DNA of 64,000 bases from a virus. Under the pieces are notes generated by a model. The model had not been told where the DNA came from. It made no database searches and saw nothing but the letters and a program-made list of their open reading frames with translations. The position numbers and the translations under genes were made by a program. Below are positions 54,967 to 63,837 of the stretch, piece by piece (the stretch's first letter is position 1; each line of letters starts with the position of its first letter). Location of the stretch: the IMG/VR virus record IMGVR_UViG_3300002483_000009, positions 7,149-71,148 of that record; one strand, 5' to 3'.

Positions 54967-56333
54967 GCGTTCCTACACTCCTCATAAAATTCTTCCATCT
55001 CTGGAAATGTGTTTAAAAACCTTGTCAGGCGTCTACGATCGTGCTCATTAAAGAAAGCGTAAAAGTTTTTTTTATTTTGCGTACTTGCGTCCGTGTTTTC
55101 GCGCCAGTATGCGAGATTACGTTGCATCTTTTGAATCTCGAAATCCTTGAATATGTGTAACCCGTTGTCCTCGCCGGAATTATCTTTCATGTAGTCGATG
55201 TTGCTTTGGTGTATAGCCTGGTACGACTCTGGTAGCATTGTTATCTGTTGCCAAGCAGGTTGTCTTAACAGTGGCACGTCGAACCATACCCTCTGATAGG
55301 TTTTGGAGTACTTGCTACGCAGTTCCAGTATCTTCTGTAATAGTTTGTCCATACTTGTTATGCTTAGGTTGTTGTAAGTGCATATGAATGTGATAGAATT
55401 ACGCACAGGTATACGGTCCAGGAATTCCTCCACGTTGTCCATCATGTAGTTGAAATCCAATCCATGTCGTATGTATTCTGCTTTTTCTCCCCATGCATCC
55501 ACTGACACGAACTGCATCATGTGTTCAACCTTCTTCTCCATGCATATGTTCTGTGCCATGTTGAAGTACTTCTCCTTCAGTTTTTTATCTGGAGGACACA
55601 TATTGCTTGTGACGTTAAGGTGCAGGTCATCCTTTGGATGATCCATAATGTATTGAAACACCTTGTATGTGTTTACATCCATCATGGGCTCTCCGCCAGT
55701 CATACGGAAGTGTTTGAGATTCTTGTACAATGTGGGCCACCATTTCCAGAACGCTGTCACGTAGGGATTGTCCTCACGATTGGGTATTGGACGTCTCCTT
55801 CCCTGGAAGTGCTCTGGTGCATTGTGGGGAGGAGATGTGGGATATTGGCCATACCTGTCAATCTCCTTGCCCCACGTTGTTGAGAACTGTGGAGAACAAT
55901 AACTGCACTTGAAGTTACAAGCGTTGTTAAAGTTTACCTCCACATACCTCGGTGTCCAACGAGTTGTCATTGGATTCTGTCTAATCTGCTCAAAGTCCTG
56001 CATGGCCCATGGTTCACCGGAACGGTAGTGTCTGTCCGACATCTCCCCAGTGTCCTCTAGTTTCCAGCAGTACGAACATCCGTCCGGACGTTCTCCTTGT
56101 AGCATCTTGAATCTTTGGTCCAGTTTCTCCACTGTGTTGTGCAGTGCGGCTGGATTCCTCTCTAGTTGCTTTTCATCGATCTTGTGCAGTGGCGGATGAT
56201 AGCATGAATTGGTCAGTCCTGTTGGCAGGTGCAGTGATGTTTGGTTCCACTTGGCCAGGCACATGGTTGGAGAAACTTGTTGCAGTTTCTCTTTGGCCTT
56301 TAGTGCGTCTGCTTTGTAGTCACTAGTACTCAC
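54963..56333 (-). CDS. Radical SAM protein with N-terminal twitch-like domain
   Basis: CLAKW, SCYHP, CSYC; CNFKCSYC; TGGEP; likely GTG start at 56333 with GAGGAG. Confidence 0.9.
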   Translation of the reverse strand: MSTSDYKADALKAKEKLQQVSPTMCLAKWNQTSLHLPTGLTNSCYHPPLHKIDEKQLERNPAALHNTVEKLDQRFKMLQGERPDGCSYCWKLEDTGEMSDRHYRSGEPWAMQDFEQIRQNPMTTRWTPRYVEVNFNNACNFKCSYCSPQFSTTWGKEIDRYGQYPTSPPHNAPEHFQGRRRPIPNREDNPYVTAFWKWWPTLYKNLKHFRMTGGEPMMDVNTYKVFQYIMDHPKDDLHLNVTSNMCPPDKKLKEKYFNMAQNICMEKKVEHMMQFVSVDAWGEKAEYIRHGLDFNYMMDNVEEFLDRIPVRNSITFICTYNNLSITSMDKLLQKILELRSKYSKTYQRVWFDVPLLRQPAWQQITMLPESYQAIHQSNIDYMKDNSGEDNGLHIFKDFEIQKMQRNLAYWRENTDASTQNKKNFYAFFNEHDRRRLTRFLNTFPEMEEFYEECRNA

Positions 56334-57219
56334 GGTCTTGCACTCCTCTGTTGACATGTTGTGGCATTACGAAACGATAGAACCTGCTGTCTGCCTCGCT
56401 GAATTCTGCTATGGGCATGTCAAGTTGCTGTCTTAGACTGTTGCCCCACATCTCTAATTCTCTACTCATGTTGGCCGGTTGCACAGATGCATGGAAGTAG
56501 TCCGCCATGCCGTTCAGATCACTCACATCGAAGTCATAGTTCTTGTGATCGACCACCGAGTAGAAACTGCCCATCCTCGCACCCAACATCGCAAACTTGC
56601 CGTTCTCCACATCGGCACCAATGGTGCACCATGTGGAAAGTATACGTAAGTTCGTGGGCCATATCCTTGCGAACTCTCCAGCAGATATAGGCTTGCCTTT
56701 GTCTGTACACATTTTGACACCTTCTCTGAATCCTGCCACGAATGCCTGCTGTGGTGTTGCATTTATCACTGTGTCCGAATAACAGTTGTGTAGATTCTCG
56801 TGTGGCACTCCCCAACAGAAATCTATTTTGTTTTCTTCACTCTCTGCGTTCTCGTGTGTCTTCATGTCTAGGCAGGTCTGCTTGTCCCAACCTACAAGTC
56901 CACCATTTCCATATACCAACCCATTTACATTATTCTTTGCTCGCCATCTATGCACATGTTTCTTGTTTGTCTTTGTCCAATCCAGTGTCTGCAAAAGGAA
57001 ACTCTCATCGATTATGTTGTCTCCGTCCACACTTATGAAGAAATCTGTTTCCGCTTTCTCGGCCGCGGCCTTGTGTGCTGAATCAAATCCCACAACACCG
57101 TCCACACGCTTGGCCCATGGCACCTTGTTCTTGAGGTCCGCCCAGTTCTCTTCCTTGTTAGGCTCTTTAAAACTGATGTAAACAAAATCTAGGTCACTTA
57201 CTCGGACTTTATCTGCCAT
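56323..57219 (-). CDS. GT-A fold glycosyltransferase-like protein
   Basis: AHKAAA...FISVDGDN (DxD); start at ATG 57219. Confidence 0.65.
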   Translation of the reverse strand: MADKVRVSDLDFVYISFKEPNKEENWADLKNKVPWAKRVDGVVGFDSAHKAAAEKAETDFFISVDGDNIIDESFLLQTLDWTKTNKKHVHRWRAKNNVNGLVYGNGGLVGWDKQTCLDMKTHENAESEENKIDFCWGVPHENLHNCYSDTVINATPQQAFVAGFREGVKMCTDKGKPISAGEFARIWPTNLRILSTWCTIGADVENGKFAMLGARMGSFYSVVDHKNYDFDVSDLNGMADYFHASVQPANMSRELEMWGNSLRQQLDMPIAEFSEADSRFYRFVMPQHVNRGVQDREY

Positions 57220-57503
57220 GTGTGCCCTCCTTTGTCTATGCCATCTACCCAAAATGGATCTCTGTCTTTGAAAACGTATCCCAGTTCTGATTTTTCTAGC
57301 GTTGGAAACTGTCTGCTAGTTTTTGGTTTTTCCTTCAGTGCAAACGTAGTAGGTGACGTCCATTCGTATGCGTACTCACCATTCTTGATCACATCCAATT
57401 TTTGCTCCAATGTGACCACTATGCTTTGTCCTTTTATGGTCACTGTATGCACTTTCTTTTTCGGCGATTGCAATTTATTAAATGCTTCAAAAAATCCTGG
57501 CAT
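57198..57503 (-). CDS. Hypothetical protein
   Basis: 101 aa coupled ORF. Confidence 0.65.
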   Translation of the reverse strand: MPGFFEAFNKLQSPKKKVHTVTIKGQSIVVTLEQKLDVIKNGEYAYEWTSPTTFALKEKPKTSRQFPTLEKSELGYVFKDRDPFWVDGIDKGGHTWQIKSE

Positions 57504-58287
57504 CTAGTTCTCCTGGTATTTGCTTATCATGGTAATGTACAATCCTATCCTGTTTGTGTCCGCCTATGTACAAGGCATCACCTACTTTAATTGGAAAGAG
57601 ATAATTGTTGTTGTCAAACCCTGTGTTTATATTGTTGATATGCTGTTTGTTGTGCATAAACTGAAACCATTTGAAGTTGACTTTCTGTAATTGCAGAGGA
57701 TCCTGTAATTTATTGGCCAATGCATACACAACATCAGTTGTAGGTTGTTCGTCATGGCAGGCGATCAGTACATTGTTTTTGACTGTCTGCCAATTTTTAA
57801 TAATAGTTTCGCATATGTCATAAAATTTTTTTGCCTTTACGCTTTTTCTAAAGTAGTGTAACCCGTTGTATACGTCAGGTAATTGGTTCCTAGCAAATAA
57901 TTTCCTATAAAAACTGTTCTCCACAACATCATCTCTGTAATTTCTGCAGTTGTAAGAAAACACCTGGTCATGTTGACACAATTGATTCCACCACCAATCT
58001 GTATTTTGTGTGAACAGCATGTCTGCTTCAAGTTTTATAGTATGTGTGAAAGGTGTTAACCTAAATGCTTTGTACTCATTACTCAATTTCCATTCTTCAT
58101 TGACACTTGCATCTTGCTTTAACACTCTCACGTGATCAAAAAGTTCGTCATCAACTTCCTTATTTGTTACCAGACATATACTGTTATGTTCGTTGTGCTT
58201 CTTTATACTTTCTGCAAGTCTTTTGCTTAACTCAACGTAGTCTGTTGTGGAGTTATTGAGTGCAAACCACATGAATCCTTTATCCAT
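57487..58287 (-). CDS. GT8-like glycosyltransferase
   Basis: TPFTHTIKLEAD, YNGLHYF, TTDVVYALA, HYHDK. Confidence 0.65.
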   Translation of the reverse strand: MDKGFMWFALNNSTTDYVELSKRLAESIKKHNEHNSICLVTNKEVDDELFDHVRVLKQDASVNEEWKLSNEYKAFRLTPFTHTIKLEADMLFTQNTDWWWNQLCQHDQVFSYNCRNYRDDVVENSFYRKLFARNQLPDVYNGLHYFRKSVKAKKFYDICETIIKNWQTVKNNVLIACHDEQPTTDVVYALANKLQDPLQLQKVNFKWFQFMHNKQHINNINTGFDNNNYLFPIKVGDALYIGGHKQDRIVHYHDKQIPGELDARIF

Positions 58288-59032
58288 TACACCACTCCTT
58301 GTCCATGATGTGTAAATCTTGTCCAGATGTGAAATTTACTTTGTCATCATATTTGAATATTACACCGTCATCATCACTGTCAATTACATCAACAGAATCG
58401 GCCAACATCGGCATGGCTGTTTTTATAAAGTTTCCAACTTTCATTTGATGCATGGCAATGGCGAATGCATAATCATTCCTAAAGTTTGGATATCTTATCC
58501 TGTACAGGTTTCTGTAATGAATATAGTTGTTTTGAACATGCGTTATCATGTCGAATACTGCACGTGTGTTTTTGCATTTACGAAACAAAGTGACTGTTGC
58601 CCATACTAATTTCAGTGTTGCTTCGTCTGTGCCTTTAATACTGTCCTGTCCTGTGAGATCATGTACTTTGTCATGCAACATTATTTCAAAGTTAGTTTTT
58701 GTCAATTCCAAAAGCACCGATGAAAAAACAAAATAATCACAGTCCATTAATATAGTAATGTCATAGGGGGAGTGGTCATAGGCCATACTTCTTTCCTTGT
58801 TGTACCAGGCAACACTATTTCCCCTGTAAGGCCTTGTGTTGGTTGTAGAATTTTCAATCAACTTGTAATTGATCATGCCCATTGGCTTCATTTCTTTGTA
58901 CGTTTCCATATTGGTCACGATAGTGATTTCTAGATTTAGATGTTTACGTATTTGGTGTACACAACGCTCTGCCAACTTGTGATATTTTACTTCGGGGGTG
59001 TCGAAACAATACAATAATACGCCAGTTGTCAT
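58280..59032 (-). CDS. GT8-like glycosyltransferase
   Basis: SPYDITILMDCD (DxD), WATV, RNDYAFAIA, HIMDK. Confidence 0.65.
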   Translation of the reverse strand: MTTGVLLYCFDTPEVKYHKLAERCVHQIRKHLNLEITIVTNMETYKEMKPMGMINYKLIENSTTNTRPYRGNSVAWYNKERSMAYDHSPYDITILMDCDYFVFSSVLLELTKTNFEIMLHDKVHDLTGQDSIKGTDEATLKLVWATVTLFRKCKNTRAVFDMITHVQNNYIHYRNLYRIRYPNFRNDYAFAIAMHQMKVGNFIKTAMPMLADSVDVIDSDDDGVIFKYDDKVNFTSGQDLHIMDKEWCNG

Positions 59033-59349
59033 TTAGATCTCTTGTTAGCGAGATCCTCGTGTAGTAGATGATAAGCGTTTAATGTCTCCTGGTTTCTTTC
59101 TATCAATTTTTCAAGAAAAACTTGTGGTTCTTTTATGTGACAGGGATTGTCGTTTACATCTAAAACATAGAACTCGTCTTTGATTTGTTTAAGTGTGCTT
59201 ACCAGATTAATGGTATCGGCATCCGCACTGAACAGTCTCTCGTTGTATGCGATTATCTGTCTAGATCGCAATTTCTCAAGAGCGTTCTTTTTTGCTTGGG
59301 CTACCTCGAAGTTGAGGTCAGCGTGTTGTTTAAGATTGCCAATATCCAT
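59029..59349 (-). CDS. Hypothetical protein
   Basis: 106 aa; first gene after the promoter. Confidence 0.7.
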   Translation of the reverse strand: MDIGNLKQHADLNFEVAQAKKNALEKLRSRQIIAYNERLFSADADTINLVSTLKQIKDEFYVLDVNDNPCHIKEPQVFLEKLIERNQETLNAYHLLHEDLANKRSK

Positions 59350-59355
59350 AACTGA

Positions 59356-59384
59356 ATTATACAGTTAATTATTTTGGCCGTCAA
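59356..59384 (-). promoter_or_regulatory. Sigma70-type promoter driving the glycan/radical SAM operon
   Basis: Minus strand TTGACG-17nt-TATAAT; ATG 59349 lies 6 nt later. Confidence 0.7.
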
Positions 59385-59424
59385 TTGGTAAAGGAAGAAT
59401 TGGTCCTGCGAATAGTTATTATTA

Positions 59425-60411
59425 TTAGGCTGTTGTGTTACTTGCGATCGCACTCGCTGAGATGGACGCCACACTTGCTAGACCCTGTGCTGTTGTTGGG
59501 TTGACTGTGTGTAGTGCAAAGTCAGTCTGTCCAATGAAGTTTGCGTACTGGTCAACACCTGATGTGTTACCACTTGTGAATTCACTGTCTCCGGAGTCTG
59601 CATCAGTCAATGTCATCTTGACAGTGACTATCGTGTCGTTTCCGTACGTTCCGTTGTTGACTTTTGCCTCACCTTTGAGTGTCATTGAAGTGTAAGTTCC
59701 TGATGACTGTGTAAGTAGGAATATTGTTGAGTAACCTGTTCCAAGGTCTGCCACGCCGTTCGCAAAACCATCTGTGGATAGTGTCTCACCTGATCCTGAT
59801 CTTGTTGACGTTGCCGAACCTATGTCGAAGTTGCCCATCGCTGTGATCATTTCATCAACTGATCCATCTTTTGATGTTGCTGAACCACCACCGTTACCAG
59901 TTCTTGTAAGTTTGACTCTGATCCTACCACCTGCGTTGAAGAAGTGTCTTAGGTTGTCGCCACTTGCAAAAGTTACTGTAAATTCTACTGTGTGTGATCC
60001 TGTCCATCTTGTTGATGACTGAGCACTTTGTAATTCCGATGACTCTGCAACCGCTGTTGCCGATGGACATCCTGCCGCTACTGCCGCCGCTAATGATGCC
60101 AAGTCTGCTTCTACAGCCGCTTTTATCTTGATCGTGTCACCTGATGTGACCTGTGTTCTTGCTGTTACTGAAACGTTTGTGTGATTGGCTATGTTGTCCA
60201 TAGCAGTCAATAAACTATTCCAGTGTGCCGCTGTGATTGTTGTATCTCCGCCGGACACAACTGGGATATGCGTTTGCCCTAAACCGTAAAGTCCGTCAGC
60301 GCCTGAGCCACCTGTTCCTGCAAAGTGGTTGTATCCAAATGGACTTGATGAACTATTGACGAACGTGTTGTATTCGTCGTCTAAAATTTTATCCCCTGCC
60401 GCGTATGCCAT
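59425..60411 (-). CDS. Virion structural (tail/fibre-associated) protein
   Basis: S/T/G/A-rich; RHFFNAGG motif; follows the tail fibre gene. Confidence 0.65.
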   Translation of the reverse strand: MAYAAGDKILDDEYNTFVNSSSSPFGYNHFAGTGGSGADGLYGLGQTHIPVVSGGDTTITAAHWNSLLTAMDNIANHTNVSVTARTQVTSGDTIKIKAAVEADLASLAAAVAAGCPSATAVAESSELQSAQSSTRWTGSHTVEFTVTFASGDNLRHFFNAGGRIRVKLTRTGNGGGSATSKDGSVDEMITAMGNFDIGSATSTRSGSGETLSTDGFANGVADLGTGYSTIFLLTQSSGTYTSMTLKGEAKVNNGTYGNDTIVTVKMTLTDADSGDSEFTSGNTSGVDQYANFIGQTDFALHTVNPTTAQGLASVASISASAIASNTTA

Positions 60412-60415
60412 ACTT

Positions 60416-62041
60416 TTATTTAATTCCTATTACACACTCAGTTAATTGTGTGCCTTCGTTATATTTATCCTTGATTAGACGTCCCAACACATTAAAAGCA
60501 GTACACTCGCTTAAATTGGCCACCCTTGCTTCGCCGTTTCCTGCAGAAACTACACGGTCACCTGCTTTACCAGTGCCTTTTAATTTAACAAACACTCTCC
60601 CTTTTAGTGCTACCATTGGGTGTGTGTCGTTATTTCCGGCCTCTGCATTCATCAAAAATGCTGGTGAATCAGATATGACCCCAAATACTGCATCTGAAAG
60701 TTCATCGTTGCATTTTGTTATCTCTGCAGAACCTCCTAGAATGACTACTTCTCCAATCGCCAATGGACCATCGGATTCGTACCTCTCAGCCAAATCCGCG
60801 TATTGTGCCGCTGTGGCTGTCGCATGTACCACGTTCGCTCTAATATCTACCAACGTTGGGGCAGACATCTCTGTGCCACCAACATCTGATGATTTGAATG
60901 CTGTCCAGGCTCCGCCTGAATTGCCATAAATTGTTGTGCCGTCATCTGCAAACGTTTCGTCCCATACCCAAAACAGATCTTGTTCTGTGGCTGTTGATGC
61001 ATCGCCTCTGTTTACTTTGATTCCTGAATAACTAGGCATGCCTGAGTTGGATGACACATTTCTGTTTAATTCTATAATGTTGTCTTCAACAGTCAGAGTT
61101 GATGTGTTGCTTGTGATGGAATCACCATCCACTGTTAGGCTACCGTGTATTCTTACATCACCACTGTCACCTTGCATAGTCAATACTGTTTTTGTTGCAC
61201 CACCGTCATTTACTGTGAATGCTATGTTTCCGTCCTGTGTAACATTGGCAATAGTGAAGTTATCACCCGACATGGTCATGGTGATGTCACTACCTGCACC
61301 AATCCTTAGACCGTTGTCATTTAATATTTCCAAATGACCCGACGTCGAATCGTTTCCGTCTGATCTTAAGAAGTTTGCAACCGCAACTCCGCCAAGTGCG
61401 TCTGAGTCTGTTGCTGTACCTCTGAACTTCGCACTTGATACTGTGCTTGAAAGTTGAACACCCTGTGCCACTGATGCGAAACCTGCCGCTATCAAGGCCG
61501 CCGCATTGGTTTCACTCGAATCTGGAGTGAACGCAAGGTTGGATACTATACCAACCACTGTGTCTTGGGTCACAAGTTTTAATATTGATCTAAACACACC
61601 TGTGTTGTCTTTCACAGTTTCTGTCACAACCTGTGTCACGCCCGATCCTGCAATCGTAGTTGGTCCAATCAGTGTGAATGCTGTACCGTCGTAACAGTAC
61701 AACTGACTGTTTGCTGTGTCAAACCAAAGATCGCCTTTGACAGCATTTGATGGTGCAGTGGCCGAATTGGTCGGTGAACCAACCGGTTTGAATTTTGTAC
61801 CATCGTAAACGTTTATCTGTTTGTTGGTTTGATCGAACCAAAGTTGTCCTTGTATCTTGTTTGAAGGTGCAGATGTGTTGTTAAAATTCTCTAATAGTTT
61901 GATAAGGTTCTCATTCAGTTTCTCACCAAAACCTGCGTAACCTTTTCCAAATAGTGTGAGGTCCGTTGTGGCCGTATCAATGGTTCCATCTGCTAGAGTC
62001 ACCAATAGGGTACCGAATGTGTTGTTAATCTTATACGCCAT
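60416..62041 (-). CDS. Tail fibre/baseplate-associated protein with a C-terminal intramolecular-chaperone (peptidase G2-like) region
   Basis: LLENF...GQLWFD and GDLWFD repeats; YADLAERY...GVIS..PA...VALKGRV. Confidence 0.75.
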   Translation of the reverse strand: MAYKINNTFGTLLVTLADGTIDTATTDLTLFGKGYAGFGEKLNENLIKLLENFNNTSAPSNKIQGQLWFDQTNKQINVYDGTKFKPVGSPTNSATAPSNAVKGDLWFDTANSQLYCYDGTAFTLIGPTTIAGSGVTQVVTETVKDNTGVFRSILKLVTQDTVVGIVSNLAFTPDSSETNAAALIAAGFASVAQGVQLSSTVSSAKFRGTATDSDALGGVAVANFLRSDGNDSTSGHLEILNDNGLRIGAGSDITMTMSGDNFTIANVTQDGNIAFTVNDGGATKTVLTMQGDSGDVRIHGSLTVDGDSITSNTSTLTVEDNIIELNRNVSSNSGMPSYSGIKVNRGDASTATEQDLFWVWDETFADDGTTIYGNSGGAWTAFKSSDVGGTEMSAPTLVDIRANVVHATATAAQYADLAERYESDGPLAIGEVVILGGSAEITKCNDELSDAVFGVISDSPAFLMNAEAGNNDTHPMVALKGRVFVKLKGTGKAGDRVVSAGNGEARVANLSECTAFNVLGRLIKDKYNEGTQLTECVIGIK

Positions 62042-62048
62042 GTACGGA

Positions 62049-62054
62049 TATTTA
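62049..62054 (-). promoter_or_regulatory. Late promoter box TAAATA
   Basis: Minus strand, 7 nt before ATG 62041. Confidence 0.6.
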
Positions 62055-62933
62055 TGCTTCGATTAAAGGCTTTGTGTACCTGCTAAATTTAGTGTAAAAG
62101 TGCCCATCTATCGGTTTTCCGTAATTTGGGTCTGCTTTGAGCAGATGAAATGTCAATCCAATCTTCCATTTGATCTTGTCAATATTATAATTGCTTGAAC
62201 CGTGGATAGCACACGAATCTTGTACAATGGCATTGCCTGGACTCCAAGCAAACGTGTTTTCTATGCTTATCCCTTCGTATGCCGAAAGTGATACATTTTC
62301 ACTCACATGTTTTTGGAACCATTCTTGAGGAATCGCTCCATATTTTACATTTTCAACACCATATTCTTCGTATGGTCTTTCTCGCAACACGTTGCTGTAA
62401 CTAGGAAAATATTTGTTTTGCCTTCCCTTCTGGAATTGTGTGCCTCGGCTTTTGTAACGCTGTTCACAGATATAATAGAATAGTTCTACATCATCTGACA
62501 TGGCTATGGGTATGATTATGTCCTTGTATGGCTTGTAACCTTGAATGTGAGTCACGCAATCTGTGTGCAACTGATATGGAGATACTATTTTGAAAAACTG
62601 ATCACCAACATTTATGGGATCGTCACTCACATCGCTGTAATATGTAAAGTCACCGAATTGTTTTTGCAATTTGCTGTGTGTGATTTCTCTTACAAGTTCA
62701 TATCTACTAGGATGATTTATATGTAAGATCTTGTTGTTAATGTTTTCTCCGTTTTCTTCATACTCTTGATTGAAAAAATTTAACAAGGCAGATATTTCGC
62801 CTTCGTCGATGAAATTTTCAATCATGTAGGATGGTTCATCTTCATTTTCAAAAAATCTTATATCTGGGTCATGTATTATGTCCTTGTCTGGGGGAAGTAC
62901 ACTAGCCGGGTTGGATTTGTAAAATTTAGGCAT
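62052..62933 (-). CDS. 2OG-Fe(II) oxygenase-like protein (paralog A)
   Basis: LHTDC...AIHG triad; start at ATG 62933. Confidence 0.55.
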   Translation of the reverse strand: MPKFYKSNPASVLPPDKDIIHDPDIRFFENEDEPSYMIENFIDEGEISALLNFFNQEYEENGENINNKILHINHPSRYELVREITHSKLQKQFGDFTYYSDVSDDPINVGDQFFKIVSPYQLHTDCVTHIQGYKPYKDIIIPIAMSDDVELFYYICEQRYKSRGTQFQKGRQNKYFPSYSNVLRERPYEEYGVENVKYGAIPQEWFQKHVSENVSLSAYEGISIENTFAWSPGNAIVQDSCAIHGSSNYNIDKIKWKIGLTFHLLKADPNYGKPIDGHFYTKFSRYTKPLIEA

Positions 62934-63837
62934 CTTCCTCCATTCTTGGATCTGCCTTGCATTCGCTGAACCCTTGCATCTGGGGGAAAACACTGAATAC
63001 TGTAGAAGGCTTGTATTCAGGGATATTTTTAAACAGTCTGAGTGTGATGCCTAGTTTATACTTGCCACCTTTAATTTTGTAGTTTGTTGCACCGTGTATC
63101 ATAGAACTGTCTGTAACAATGGCTCTGCCAGGTGTCCATGGCAACATTTTATTAAGACTGAAGCCTTGAAGCATTTCGTAATTATAAATTTCACCAAAGT
63201 ATTCATCATACCAGTCTTTAGATATCATCTTGTCAGGATCAGATTCATAGTTTTTAAAAAACTTATATTCTCCATATGGCTTCTCTCTCATGATATCTGA
63301 ATAAAGAGCAAACATATTATCAATGTGTTTATATTTGAAATGGCATCCTCTTCCGTACCAACGTTGATTAAATGTGTAGTATGGCGAATCTACACCGCCC
63401 TCCATTTCTAAAGGAATCAAAACATCTTTGTATGGCACATAGCCAGGTATGTGAATCAATGAATCTGTGTGAGGAGCAAAAATTCCTTGTTGCCAAAAAT
63501 AAAAATCAGAACTTTGTTTTTGTTTATCGTTATTGATATCACTGTAACTGAACCATTTGCCAAATTGTTCATTAAGTTTTGGAATTAATATTTCTCTCAA
63601 TTCAGGATAGTTCAGAGGATATACCAAAAAGAAATGGCTTTTATTCAACTGAACAACTTCGCTTGTTACCCTATCATAATAAAATTTTTTACAATATTCT
63701 ATTTCAAAGTCGTCTAGAAAATCTATTTGGTATGGCTGTTCTTCTGGAATAAATCCTTCGAACGATTTGTCATCTGGATTGTGTACCAGGTCTTTACCAT
63801 AAACTCCTAGTTGTTTTGCTTTATGTACGTGAGTCAT
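62926..63837 (-). CDS. 2OG-Fe(II) oxygenase-like protein (paralog B)
   Basis: PHTDS...MIHG; shares HI.GY.PYKD..IP with paralog A. Confidence 0.55.
   Translation of the reverse strand: MTHVHKAKQLGVYGKDLVHNPDDKSFEGFIPEEQPYQIDFLDDFEIEYCKKFYYDRVTSEVVQLNKSHFFLVYPLNYPELREILIPKLNEQFGKWFSYSDINNDKQKQSSDFYFWQQGIFAPHTDSLIHIPGYVPYKDVLIPLEMEGGVDSPYYTFNQRWYGRGCHFKYKHIDNMFALYSDIMREKPYGEYKFFKNYESDPDKMISKDWYDEYFGEIYNYEMLQGFSLNKMLPWTPGRAIVTDSSMIHGATNYKIKGGKYKLGITLRLFKNIPEYKPSTVFSVFPQMQGFSECKADPRMEEDA

Noticed and set aside
334-61694. Numerous antisense and nested ORFs in the track (e.g. 1692-2120, 1774-2061, 60405-60929)
   Set aside because: They are shadows of well-supported genes on the other strand or frame; the Phe/Ser-rich ones simply mirror Lys/Glu-rich codons
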